In this document: in pieces, positions 14,058 to 28,539 of the stretch | Numbering within the stretch: the first letter of the stretch is position 1 | How the letters are laid out: the number at the start of each line of letters is the position of its first letter | From: Eledone cirrhosa | Taxonomy: Eukaryota | Assembly: GCA_964016885.1 (NCBI GenBank) | Contig: OZ024743.1 | Span: 64,542,001-64,606,000 of the forward strand | Reading direction: 5' to 3' | Length of the DNA: 64,000 nt | Made by a program: the position numbers and the translations under genes | The notes under the pieces: model-generated | Databases searched by the model: none | Told to the model about the DNA's origin: nothing | The model's input: the letters and a program-made list of their open reading frames with translations, nothing else

Positions 14058-14561
14058 AACACACACACGGATATATATATATACTTATACTCAGACATGC
14101 ACACATGCACTCACTGACACACGTACACATATATATACATACACAACCAGACATATACATACTTATACACACACATGCACACACGCACACACACACATAT
14201 ATATATACACATACATACGCACATATATACATATACACTTATACACTGACATGCACACACGCACGCACACAGATGTGTTTGTTTGTCTGTTTGTGCGTGT
14301 GTGTGTGTATGTAAGTGTGTGTGTGTGCGTGTGCGCGCGCGCGCGTGTGTGAGTGTGTGTGTGAGTATCTCAGCTTTTAGAATTGGTACACTGTATCCCT
14401 GTGTGTCAAAAGAGGCAACTAAAAGAGTTGGCCTCAGAAAGAGAAGTCAACTGTAAAACATTGTCTTAAACCGTCCATTCCAACCCATTCCAGCATCGAA
14501 GAGTCGCTGTGAAAACGCATGTTCAGATCTTGTGATGTTGTTAGTCCACAACAGGAAGCAG

Positions 14562-14620
<59 letters not shown>

Positions 14621-14709
14621 TTCTCATAAGTGTTCTCATATATTTATTTATATTAACTTATATTGTACTGCTCAGAAATGCTTCTTTCTTAGAGCTGAAT
14701 AAATATATG

Positions 14710-14853
<144 letters not shown>

Positions 14854-14855
14854 AT

Positions 14856-14929
<74 letters not shown>

Positions 14930-15209
14930 ATATATGAAATAAAAATGGTGTAGACATTACAATATAATACAATACAATAGGAGGGAACATAATAGTACCA
15001 CTGATGATGTTGCAGATGTGCAACGAAAGAACTTTGCTAGACTATATATATATATATTTAACCATTGGTCAATCAATGATAAACATTGATTGCCAAATAA
15101 ATTAACTATGGAGATATAAAAGATACAGTAGCGAAAACCAACCAAACAGTGAGTGTGTTCTGTTATAATTTCTGGCAATATTATTACAACAATATGACCC
15201 TCCCCAAGT

Positions 15210-15263
<54 letters not shown>

Positions 15264-15702
15264 AGGAAAATAGTCAGGACCCCGACGGCAGAGCTCAAGC
15301 CGTTTCGACGGCTACTTCTGGACGCCAGAAAAAGCCGTCGAAATGGCTTGAGCTCTGCCGTCGGGGTCCTGACTCTTTTCCTATTACCCACTCTACTACC
15401 CAAAGTATCGAGTACTCTGGTGCGTTATGGTCCACCTGGTTCCTTACCACACTTCCTTCGTTCTATATATATATAACAACTAGAAATTGATTAACATATA
15501 AATAAACATATGAAACAATCAGAGGGGATAATTTTTACAAGTGTGTAAGCACACATAGCTATTTAGGTAACTAAAGAAAGTTAACTAGAACTTCAAAAAT
15601 AGATACCTTATAATATGATTAATCTTCCCTGTATATATTCCATTAAAGAAAGACACCCATAATTTTGATTTAGATTAAATTCACTTTGATTTATCTTAAT
15701 TT

Positions 15703-15797
<95 letters not shown>

Positions 15798-15914
15798 ATA
15801 ATAATAAATACGAAGACTAAAATCCAAAGAGGGCTGGATAAGGATAAATATATAGTTTCAGAAGATCCCGTTAAGGGTGAAAGCATCGATTCTTTGCTTA
15901 AACTTTAATCTGCT

Positions 15915-15960
<46 letters not shown>

Positions 15961-16250
15961 CATAGAATCATTAGATAAAATATATATACAGTATTTCTTC
16001 TCCCAATCAGCATAATCAGCCACACAAAAAATCCTTTAAACGAGGCTATAAGTTTAAAATATACTTATGAAGAAATAATAGGTAAATAAATGATAGCTTT
16101 TTATCCACGATTCACAGCCACAGAAAATGTATCTAGTATTTCTGATAGCCTGTAGAAATTGACTAGATATATCGTTAACCATACCTAATTAGGTACAAAA
16201 TCAAAGTTAGAAGAAAAAATGTACATAAACATACCAAAATCATCAAAATC

Positions 16251-16335
16251 TATCTCTACCCCTGGAGGTTTCATTCACTTTTTGGATATATCCGATCTTG
16301 GATAAATCAACGAGTTTGGAAATCATCAGGAGATA
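16251..16335 (-). ncRNA. Type I hammerhead ribozyme
   Basis: TATCTC-CTGATGA-TTTC...GAAT-GAAA-CCT CCAG GGG-TA^-GAGATA. Confidence 0.8.
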
Positions 16336-16638
16336 AACTCAATTGGACAAAGATTTTTCTTAAATGATACCCGCCATAAACGAATTCAAAATGTCTAAGA
16401 ATTGTCACGTGGCCAGTGGTCAAGTCAGAAAGCTTGTGATTGCTGCCTGTCGGCGATTAGGCTGGTTGCTAGATAGCGCAGACGAATACTGCCTAAAGTT
16501 TTACTCAACCTTACGGGAGTATATAAAATTTAAAAGTTTATATACATATAAACTAGACAGAGCTGTAGATATCTATTTATATGTTTTTGGCAACCATTCA
16601 CGGTGTGGCTCAATGACGAATTAATTAAATAATTAACA

Positions 16639-16693
<55 letters not shown>

Positions 16694-18733
16694 CTCTTTT
16701 TTATGTTAATAAGACTTTATGTTAATCCATCTTCTTGTTTGTTTGTTTCTTATATTCTTGATATATATGTGAATACACATAAGTATATTTGTGAGTCATG
16801 TATATTTTTCAAATATTTATTTTCGCATTATTTTCTCTGTCTTCTATTTGCGATAAAAACTTGATGGGATTAATATTTAACAATAATAAATGCAAATTAA
16901 AGGTTTAGTTATAATTCTGCTATCCCGGAATGTTATTTATGAACACATTAATAATCCCGTGGAAGATATAGCGATTCTACAATTCTTGATATCGACCACG
17001 TCAACTTCCTCCTCTTAAAGACCAAGAAACAGAGTCGGCATTACTATTAAGGTCAACTAGTCAGCCACATAGGGTGTGGACCTTAGTCAACTAGTCACCC
17101 ACATAGGGTGTGGACCTTAAAGAAGCGGATTATGTATGGACTCATAACTCTTGATGGATTCGTAGGACCACCGTCTTAACATACGGCATTTAGGTCAATT
17201 TAAACATGGCGGAACCCATTCCTCTCTCCAAAGAACAAGAGTGGGTGTAAGAAAGAGGATGTAAGAAGGAGATGTAGAGAGATAATCATCCCCTGTACTG
17301 GATTGGTACATTTTTATTGACCGGGAAAGGATGAAAGACAATGTTGAGCTCAGCGAGAGTTTTACTCAGACCGCAGAAAACCAGAACGAATACGGAAAAA
17401 CGGCAAAACATTCTAACCGACATTCTAACGTTTGTGTTAATTCAACGCCAATACCTTCGTTGTCTTATTCACCAACAATATGTATGTGCACATTTTCTAA
17501 CAATGAACAGAAGGCCATCAAAGTGAATATTTTTATTTATATTATAATTTTAAGGTTCAATGTCAAAATCTGAATGTTCAAGCGTTTCTATGAACTAAAA
17601 CAGAAACTGACACAAAATAAATATTAGATGTATCCCCCATTACGAGATCAAAGATGGCCTGTGGCATTTTTTGCTCTATATTACTAGCCACTTAAATTAT
17701 TTAACTTTGTTGATTGTTGGCATAATATGTTTATGTATAACAGATAACAAAATTAAATTCCGTTTATATATATATTTTTTAATTGATTATGGAGGAACAA
17801 AAACAAAATTCAACTACATATAACAGAACATGTTACAATTTTCAACATCGAAGGAACGGAAATGACATTCGATGGTAGAGTATGTTATGGAGAGTTTCAA
17901 TCTTTAGGATCATTTTCAAAAGAAGTTTCAAGATTTACAAAATCCTGAGCTCAAACTAGGAATATGTGAAACTCCTCTTTACGTGTTGTCAGATATAACA
18001 AGGTAAGTTAATCCATCTGCAATAATACTTTGATATCTGAATTCAATCGATTATCTAATTTTGAATTGTATAGATCCGATGTAGATATTGATTTCTGATT
18101 TAGGCACAAGGGCAGTAAATCTGGGGGAAGGGCAAAGTTGATTAAAATTGACTTGACTGGTACTTTATTTTATTAACCTCGGGAGGAGGAAAAGAAAAGT
18201 TGATCTCGGAGGGATCTGAACTCAGAACAAACACCGCAAGGCATTTTATCCGGCACTCTACCAATTCTGTAATCCACCATCCTCCCTCTAAAGTAGATAT
18301 GGGAACATATCCAATTTTAAGAATCATGCATTGAAAATTATCCCAGTGCATTACTGGTGCTTTATTTTATCGGCCCCGTAAGGATGAAAGGCAAAGTTAA
18401 CCTCGGTGGGATTTCAACTCAGAACGTAAAGGGCCATGAGTTCAAATCCCACCGAGGTTAACTTTGCCTTACGTATAATAATATTACAAACCAACTACAA
18501 ACTGTTATATCAATGGACTCATCAGCAATCCCATCTAACATATCTGGGATTTCCAGAACAAAACAGAACCGACTTTCTCATTAAAATACAAGATAAATAT
18601 ATGTGGTAGTCCCATAACTCCTGTTGGAGTCATAGCGGCGCCGTATACAGCGTTTCTTGGGCATTTTAAACGTGGTCTGAACACAGCAGATTTCTTCCAG
18701 AGAAGGATTGAGAGAGAGAGAGGGAGAGAGAGG

Positions 18734-18773
<40 letters not shown>

Positions 18774-18780
18774 CAGACAG

Positions 18781-18849
<69 letters not shown>

Positions 18850-19114
18850 TAAAAGAAGAATCGACCCCAGTATTTGACTAGTACTTATTTTATCGACCTC
18901 GAAAGCATGACAAGCAAGAACGACTATCACAAAGTATTCTATCCAAAGTTCTAACGATTCTGCCAATTCGCCGTCTTATATACAAGATAAGAAGTTTAAT
19001 TAAATGTAAAATCATATATCCTGTAACATCTTCGGTATTTAAAAGATTATACCTATCCGGTTAATTAATAGATTATATAATTTTAATTACTGTTGTTTAA
19101 TGAGATAACTGACA

Positions 19115-19472
19115 TACTCTCGGGTCACAAATAATAGGAGGAATAATTGGGGGGTGGAATAAGCGGGGGGTGGGAATCGGTAATTTTTCTAGGTTGTCTC
19201 TGTTGACTTTTTATTTAAACCAGAATTAGTCGTTTAGTTTACATATTGAGACCCCCAACCCATCCTATTTATTTTATAACATATGGGAGTTCTAGTAATG
19301 TACTTTTTTTGTCATGTATAATGTTTTTTAATGTCTAAAGAAAATTAATTGTCGCAGAAATTAAAATTTCGCCGGAGATAGATTAGCAAAATTGAATAAG
19401 CCGGGGGAGGGGGTAATCTGAAAAACTAAAATAAATGGGGGAGGAGGGGTGATTATTCGAGACCCGAAAGTA
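19115..19472. mobile_element. MITE with ~20 bp TIRs and TA ends
   Basis: TACTCTCGGGTCACAAATAAT ... ATTATTCGAGACCCGAAAGTA. A second copy at 23050-23380 (opposite orientation) is interrupted by an OK SINE. Confidence 0.7.
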
Positions 19473-20234
19473 CCTGTGAATTTATAAGATCAAGGATGCT
19501 AAATTTTGATGGTTCTGCTCAAGATTTTGATTAGTTTTATTTCTCTGAATTTTCACCTTCGTCTCAAGTTTGTTTACTCTAGAAATATTTTCTTTTTAAA
19601 ACAATGATTTCAGTTTATGTCCAGACATAATATACCTAGGGCTACATGAGTTTAATTAAGTTTTGGCAGGTGAGAGCTTGTCTTGTCTGCCTGTTCATCC
19701 ACCGTACTATATTGAGACCTCACCCCAATCAAACATATATCTCCATCTTCACAGCTGCTAGTAGAAATCCCACAGTTTTCTTTGATCTGTTCATTTAGTA
19801 TAAATATCTTCATAAATATGTCAATATGATAAGACAGTAAGCATGCACATACACATGCACCAGGTCCGAACGCAGGAGCCGAACTTCCGCTGTCATCGCC
19901 TCCATCTTTCTCACCCTCCCCATCTCTCACTATTATGAACAAATCGGGTCCCACGTTCTGACCACCCCACGGCCTCGGCGGACAGAGTGGAGAAGAAAAC
20001 GATTGGGAAACGTTTAATAAAAATATGATGGCTGATGATATGTTACTTCCCTGAAAGATCACAAGACTTTATTTCTTTCGAAACTAATCGTATCTTATCT
20101 AACAGTGCCTCTAAGATACTGATGATCTCCCTTTGTCGTATGGTTTCTAAACGTGTTCTCAAAGTTATGTGTTGTTGTTCTATATCTATAGAGGTGGTGA
20201 TTATGTCCCAATCTTAGAAACAATGAACTGACTG

Positions 20235-20448
20235 ATGGCTGCTGCTGCTGCAGCTACTGTTGCTGCTACTGTTGCTGCTACTGCTACTGCTACTACTACT
20301 ACCACTACCACTACTACTACCACTACCACTACCACTACTACTACTATTACTACTACTACTGCTGCTACTACTACTGCTGCTGCTGCTGCTACTACTACTT
20401 CTACTACTACTACTATTACTACTACTACTGCTACTATTACTACTGCTG

Positions 20449-20488
<40 letters not shown>

Positions 20489-21665
20489 AACCACTACTGC
20501 TGCTGCTACTGCTGCTACTGCTACTACTAATACTGCTACAGTTGTTGTTGCTACTGCTGTTGTTTTTGCTGCTGCAGTTGCTGCTGTTGTGGCTGCTGTT
20601 TCTGCAGTTGCTGCTGTTGTGGCTGCTGTTTCTGCAGTTGCTGCTGTTGTGGCTGCTGTTGCTGCAGTTGCTGCTGTTGTAGCTGCTGTTGCTGCAGTTG
20701 CTGCTGTTGCTGCTGCTGTTGCTGCTGCTACGAAACAAGTCTAACATTTCTGTCATATCTCTGTCATGTTGCTGTGACAGATATTTTATCTAATTATGAG
20801 AAATGTGCAACAACTCTGCAATTATTCATCATACCATCACGTGACAGACGGACACAAACGGCATCTCTACCACTACTGCAAATACCACCACTACCACCAC
20901 TACCACTACTGCAACTAACACCACCACCACCACCACCACAACCACCACCTCTACCACTACTACTACTGCAACTAACACCACCACCACCACCACCACAACC
21001 ACCACCTCTACCACTACCACTACTGCAACTAACACCACCACCACCACCACCACCACAACCACCACTACCACCACTACCACTACTGCAACTAACACCACCA
21101 CCACCACCACCACAACCACCACTACCACTACCACTACTGCAACTAACACCACCACCACCACCATCACCACCACCACCACCACAACCACCACCTCTACCAC
21201 TACCACTACTGCAACTAACACCACCACCACCACCACCACCACCACCTCTACCACTACCACTACTGCAACTAACACCACCACCACTACTGCAGCTAACACT
21301 AACACCACCACCACCACCATCACCACCACCACTACTGCAACTAACACCACCACCACTACTGCAGCTAACACTAACACTACCACCACCACTACCACCCCCA
21401 CCACTACTACCACTACTGCAACTAAAGCTATCAACAATAGCAACACCACCATCACCACCACCACTACTACTACTACCTCTACCGTAACTAAAATTATCGT
21501 CAAAAGCAACATTATTCACACTACCACCTCTATAACGACGATCATCATCATCATCATCATCATCATTATTATCATTGTCATCGTCATCGTCACCATCGTC
21601 GTCGTCATCATCATCATCATCGCCATCATCGTCATCATCGTCATCATCATTGCCATCAACAACAA
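20235..21665. repeat. Compound trinucleotide arrays with ~60 bp higher-order units
   Basis: CTG/CTA/CCA/TCA tracts. Similar arrays at 2326-2795, 5590-5860, 24925-25740, 35375-35590, 36780-37335 and 52890-53170. Confidence 0.9.
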
Positions 21666-21769
21666 ACAATATCTGCTGAAGACATATAGGTTCACAACAC
21701 ACCAGTACCAACACCACATAAAACTATTATTGTTACCAACATCTACATAATCCTTTCTAACATCGTTAC

Positions 21770-23660
21770 AAGGCCAATAACTTCAGGGAAGGAGCAAGTT
21801 CAACACATCGACCCCAGTACTTCCAGCTCCCACCCCATCGTCACCACTACCCCTAACCTATTGTTGTCCACCCTAAAATCAACCTTCAACCATCGTCCGT
21901 GAAACTGATTTATATTTCAGCCACAAGACCAGTCATTTTGGGTGGATGGTGCGAGAGGGTTAAGTCGATTAAATCGACCCCAGTACTTGGCTGATACATA
22001 GTTTTATCAACTGTGGAAGGATGAAAGGCAAAGTTGACCTCGGCGGAATATTAACTCAAAACATAGAAAGTGGTAACTAAATACCACAAATTATTTGGTT
22101 CGACGCTCTCCCGATCCTGCTAATCCACCTCCCTAATAATTGTTTCTACTATTGACACAAGGCCAGCAATTATTCCAGTGTATTATTGGTACTTTATTTT
22201 ATCGACCCCGTAAGGATGAAAGGCAAAGTTAACCTCGGCGGGATAACTCTATGCTGCAAAGCATGGCGTCAGACCCTCTACCGATACTGCCAATCCAGCG
22301 CCCATATGCGTCAAAATAATAACAATACTTTCTTTTATTTGCTACTAGGATATCAGATAAAGACAATTTACAACCTGAAGATGGTGGTTTACACAGAAAT
22401 AAGAAAATGACTACTAAGTACACATAGTATACTTTTATGACGGCGAATTGCTCTCTTCTATATGAGTTCAAATCCTGCCGAGGTCAACTTTTCCTTTCAT
22501 CAATTCTAGGTCGATAAAAAAATTACCAGTTTAGAACTGGAGTTGATTCTTCCTCAGTTTCTCACTTCCTCTTACTTTCTTTCCTTCTCTGGAATTAATT
22601 TGCTTTATTCAGACCTGGAGAGGGGTGGGCTCCGCCAGGCTTTTAAAGGGGCCCTAGAAACGCCATTACGGCGTCCCTACGACTCCATCAGGAGTTATGG
22701 GGCCATGTATTTAAATAAGGCATTCAGTCTTCCTGGTACAGAGAACTGAATGATGATGGTTAACTGAAGAACCCCAACAGATCTCCAATCATGCTGACCA
22801 CCAAGGGTATAATTTTATAGACATAGTAGTGCGCCAAGCTAAAACACTTTACAGTACTTAGATATGTACCACCGCCCCCACCTCTATTCTGAGATCAAAT
22901 CCCGCCGATATCGACTTATGCCATTTATTTCTCCAGGGATCGATTAAAATCTGTTTTAGATATCTTCTGGAAAAATTGAAGCCTTCAGCTATATTGTTTT
23001 CACCCCTAACTCCCGATGGGAGTTGTAAATACTTTCATATACGCCCCTATTATTGTCGGGTCTCGAATAATGCCCCCACACCCACCAATCGCTTATTAAA
23101 TTTTTCCTAATCTATCTCCGCCGAAATTTTATTTTATTTTAAGTGGTAACATTCCTGCGACATTATACATGCCGAGGTTGACTTTGCCTTTCATCCTTAC
23201 GGGGTCGATAAAATAAAGTACCAGTAATGCACTGGGTAATTGCTGGCCTTGTGCCTAAAGTAGAAACAATTATTAGAAACCCCATATGTTATAAAATAAT
23301 AGGATGGGTTGGAGTCTCAATATGTAAACTAAACAAATCTTTAAAAAAGAAAATCAACGGAGACAACCCAGAAAAAATTAGCCTTAATAAAAATGAATAT
23401 TAACTCCAAAACTCTACTCCGGTATTGAGTACTCTTTTCTCTCAGCCATCAAACACATACGGATATATATATATAATTGTTTCTACTTTTGGCACAAAGC
23501 CAGCAATTATTCCAGTGTATTACTGGTACTTTATTTTATCGACCCCGTAAGGATGAAAGGCAAAGTTAACCTCGGCGGGATTTGAACTCAGATCATAAAG
23601 GGCCGTAACTCTATGCTACAAAGCATGGTGTCCGACTCTACCAATACTGCCAATCCACTG
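21770..23660. mobile_element. Second cluster of OK-type SINEs on both strands, with a MITE
   Basis: Copies at about 21920-22135(-), 22140-22300(-), 22440-22710(+), 23171-23275(+) and 23475-23660(-). Confidence 0.8.
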
Positions 23661-24615
23661 TAGGAAAGTCAGATGCAGACAATAACTGTATATATAGTCA
23701 GTTGGTATAATAAGGGCTTAGAAAATCGGGTAAAATACACCTATAGACGGAAAGAAGGGACCAACGACCTCTACGAAGGATCAAACTTCGTATCTTCTGG
23801 ATACCGGCTCTAACCATTGAGCTGAGGGACCTCTGACAACAATCTCCGTCTGAATTATAAACCGAAACCGAACAGCTTTTGAAAGTAAACATCATTATAT
23901 GCAAAATATCGAACCTTCGAAATGGTGTGTGTAGCCTGTAATCAACTGCTCTATCTATCATTCTTTCCCCGTACACCATCTCCCAAAGGATTGTTACCCT
24001 CCTTCCTTTTACACTGGTTTCTCGGTCGTGTAAAATCCGCTCGGGTGACTACGTAACTGACACGGAATATAAAACGTAAATTAACGTACATTAACGGCAA
24101 TTTCCGAAAAACAAACCGCGTCCCATCACTACTACCAAAAAAGAAAAAACAACAGTACACATACACAAATATAAACAAACAGGCACACATTACAAATCAA
24201 ATATAGACGGGCATTACACATGCACATTACATACGCACATTACACAGACGACATCATTCGCTGTTCCGGAAAATATTATTACTAAATGAAAGACGGAAAT
24301 CATATCTCCGTGACTTTCCGTCAAAAAAAAAATAAAGGAAAAAGGAAAATCAGAAAAAAAAGAGCAAAGCAAAAATAAAATGAACTGAAAGCAAAATGTC
24401 GTCTGGTATATTTGTTGGGGCAAGACCTGATTAGTGAAAGTCATCCGCTGAAAGGAATGGAGACAAAATGGGAGAATGGGAAAAAAAGATCACATTATAA
24501 TGTTTGGTGGTTGATTTTTAGGGTGAATTGGATATAGATTTCAGGAGGAAATAATTCGATATGTTGTGGGGTGGAAGGATTGCTGTATATCGTTCATTGC
24601 TTGTTATTAGTGTTA

Positions 24616-24925
24616 AGGCGTGTAGCTCTGTGGTTGGGGACATTTGGCTCACGATCATAACGTCGTGAGTTCGATTCCCGGTGGTGCGTTATGTCCTTGA
24701 ACAAGACACTTTATTTCACGTTGCTCCAGTTCACTCAGCTGGCAAAAATGGGTTGTACCTGTAATTCGAAAGGTCCAGCCTTGTCACATTCTGTGCCATG
24801 CTGAATCTCCCTGAGAACTACGTTAAGAGTACGCTTGTCTGTGGAATGTTCAGCCACTGCACGTTAATTTCACAAACTGGCGGTTCTGTTGATCGTTTCA
24901 ACTGGAACACTCTTCGTTTTGTTGT
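24616..24925 (+). mobile_element. tRNA-derived CORE-type SINE (octopus OR-like)
   Basis: A/B boxes (GAGTTCGATTCC) and CORE-like GTCCTTGAACAAGACACTTTATTTCACGTTGCTCCAG. Related pieces at 1040-1172(-) and 63040-63180(-). Confidence 0.8.
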
Positions 24926-24982
<57 letters not shown>

Positions 24983-26499
24983 CGACGACGTTGCTGTTTT
25001 TTGTGGTGGTGTTGGTGCTGATAGTAGTACTATTGGTGGTAGTGGTGGTGGCGGTGCTGTTGCTGACGTTGGTGGCGGCGGTGGTGTTGCTACTGATACC
25101 GCTACTACTGGTGCTGGTAATGGTCATTTTGGTGGTGAAGGTGGTTGTGGAGGTGTTGTAGAGATGGTAATTGAGCATAACTGTAGTGGTATTAGTGATG
25201 GTGGTGGCGGTGGCGGCAGTGGCGACGGCGGTGGTGGTGGTGATAGTGATGGTGGTGGCGGCAGTGGCGACGGCGGTGGTGGTGGTGGTAGTGATGGTGG
25301 TGGCGGCAGTGGCGACGGTGGTGGTGGTGATGGAGGTGGTGCTGGTGGTGGTGGTGATAGTGATGGTGGTGGCGGCAGTGGCGACGGTGGTGGTGGTGGT
25401 GATAGTGGTGGTGGTGGCGGCAGTGGCGACGGTGGTGGTGATGGTGATAGTGGTGGTGGTGGCGGCAGTGGCGACGGTGGTGGTGGTGATGGAGGTGGTG
25501 GTGGTGGTGATGGTGATGGTGGTAGCGGCAGTGGCGACGATGGTGGTGGTGATGGTGATAGTGATGGTGGTGGCGGCAGTGGCGACGGTGGTGGTGGTGA
25601 TGGAGGTGGTGCTGGTGGTGGTGGTGATAGTGATAGTGATGGTGGTAGCGGCAGTGGCGGCGACGGTGGTGGTGGTGGTGGTGATAGTGATGGTGGTAGC
25701 GGCAGTGGCGACGGTGGGGGTGGTAGTGGTGGGGGTGGCCGTATACCTGCCCGATGATGGAGGAGGGGGAGAAACAGAGCAATTATGGATCATCTCACAC
25801 ACATACACACATACACACATACACACATACACACATACACACATACAGACACTTACACACACATACAGACACTTACACACACATATACACATACACACAT
25901 ACGTTCACACATACACACAAACATACGCACATACATACGCACACATACACACACATAGACGCACACGCACTCACACACACGCACACACCCAAACACAGGG
26001 AATCACTATCGTTCACTCTCTTTTTCCTCTCACTCCTGCTCCTCCATCAGCTAAGTAGCGGAGTAGGGAGGGGGACACGGATTGATAGCCAAAAAGAGTG
26101 GTGGGGAGAGATAGACAATTCACAGGGGGCTGTGAAGTGGCGCCGGGCTATTATCGTGCCGCCGGGCTATTATCGTGCCGCCGGCTGTCGATATTGTTAG
26201 AAAGAAACAATTTATCATTTAACCCTCTCTGTTATATAGACACCCCCCCCCCATTTAGTTCTTATTTACTACTGACACACATAGACACTAATACACATAC
26301 ACACACTCATACATAAACAGACACACATTCACACACACACTCACACACACACTCACACACACACACAGACTTATACACACACGCACAAACACTAATACAT
26401 ACACACGCACTCAGACATACTCACACACACACATTAACACACGCACAAACATTAATACACATACACATTAACATACACTCACACATAAACAGACACTCA

Positions 26500-26554
<55 letters not shown>

Positions 26555-26661
26555 ATACACACACGCACAAACACTAATACATGCACATGCACTCAGACAT
26601 ACTCACACGCATATTAACACACGCACAAACACTAATACACATACACGCACTCACAGACAAT

Positions 26662-26692
<31 letters not shown>

Positions 26693-27007
26693 ATACACAC
26701 ATTAACACATGCACAAACACTAATATACACACACGCACTCACAGACATACTCACACACACATAGACTCACACATACGCACACGCACAAACACACTAACAC
26801 ACGCACAAACACTAATACACATACACGCACTCAGACATGCACACACACGCACACATTCAGACCCGCAGAGACACATAGATACGCACACACACTAACAGGC
26901 GCACAAACACTAATACACACACGCACACTCAGACATACTCAAACACACAAATTCACGCACACCCTACCGAGTTACTATATTCACACACATGAAGACACAA
27001 AAACACA

Positions 27008-27059
<52 letters not shown>

Positions 27060-27108
27060 GCTCTCTCTCTCTCTCTCTCACTGTCTCTCTCTCTCACCCC
27101 TCTCCCTC

Positions 27109-27159
<51 letters not shown>

Positions 27160-27599
27160 ACTACCAACCATTGCATACTCCCTTGAAATCAGACTTCGGT
27201 GAGAAAAGGGAACAGACAACACACAAACCCGGGCATCGCCATACATAACGAGGAAGGGAGGAAGATATTCAAATACCAGGGTTTAACCGATTGCTCCCTT
27301 TTCTTGTCGGTTGCCGACATCTGATGTTCTTTGGTCCCCGAACTGTCATTTTGGGAAGAGTGCATCCCGCCTGATGAAGGAGCCCTGTGAGATGGGTTGG
27401 GTAATGCCGGGCGTTTTGCTGGCGTTCTCCTCGGCAATGCCCTCGCCATTTTGTCCGCGTCATGTAGCTGATATACACCACATTTTGTTGAAGAATTGTG
27501 AATTGTGTTGTTATATTTTTATCCCATACATCCAGATCTGTCCTTCCTTACCCCTTCCCTTTTTTTTCATTCCTTAATTTTGTTTTTATCATTTTTTTT

Positions 27600-28362
27600 T
27601 CCAATATTTCCATCATTGTATAATATAGTTGATATATGTTTATGTATAACAGATAACAAAATATTCCCATCATTGTATAACTTCTGTATAATATAGTTGA
27701 TATAATATGTTTATGTATAACAGATATCAAAATATTTGTCATTGTATAACCTCTGTAAAATATAGTTGATATAATAAGTTTATGTATAACAGATAACAAA
27801 ATATTCCCATCATTGTATAACTTCTGTAAAATGTAGTTGACATATGTAATATTTGTCATTGTATAACTTCTGTAAAATATAGTTGACATAATATGTTTAC
27901 GTATAACAGATAACAAAATATTCCCATCATTGTATAACTTCTGTAAAATATAGTTGACATAATATGTTTATGTATTACAGATATCAAAATATTTGTCATT
28001 GTATAACTTGTCTGTAAAATATAGTTGACATAATATGTTTATGTATAACAAATAACAAAATATGTCTGTCATTGTATAACTTCTGCAAAATATAGTTGAC
28101 ATAGTATGTTTATGTATAACAGATAACAAAATATTTGTCATTGTATAACAGATAACAAAATATTCCCATCATTGTATAACTTGTCTGTAAAATATAGTTG
28201 ACATAATATGTTTATGTATAACAGATATAAAAATATTTGTCATTGTATAACTTGTCTGTAAAATATAGTTGACATAATATGTTTATGTATAACAGATAAC
28301 AAAATATTCCCATCATTGTATAACTTCTGTAAAATGTAGTTGATATAATATGTTTATGTATA
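27600..28362. repeat. Minisatellite, ~65-70 bp unit
   Basis: About 11 copies of CATTGTATAACTTCTGTAAAATATAGTTGACATAATATGTTTATGTATAACAGATAACAAAATATT. Confidence 0.9.
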
Positions 28363-28539
28363 AGCGTGAACCTAATAATAACTAAATTATAAAGAAATTT
28401 TAGTGAAACAAAAGAAAAAAGGGTAGCAAGGGTTGGAAAGAGATGCAAATATAGAAAAGTGGATGTAAATAGACAGAGGAGTAGCTTATAAGAAGCTTGG
28501 TTGGAAGAGAAGACCAAATGAAGATAATAGAGTAGATAG

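Noticed and set aside
19652-20062. 136-aa ORF as a possible Hand exon
   Set aside because: No Hand motifs and weak splice signals.
24616-24690. tRNA gene
   Set aside because: It is a SINE head continuing into a CORE-like domain, with no clean cloverleaf.
27370-27440. CTGATGA as a hammerhead core or snoRNA box C
   Set aside because: No downstream GAAA/NUH, and the paralog has CTGAAGA, which breaks box C.
27600-28362. CRISPR-like periodicity
   Set aside because: Tandem units without unique spacers, no cas genes, and the DNA is eukaryotic.
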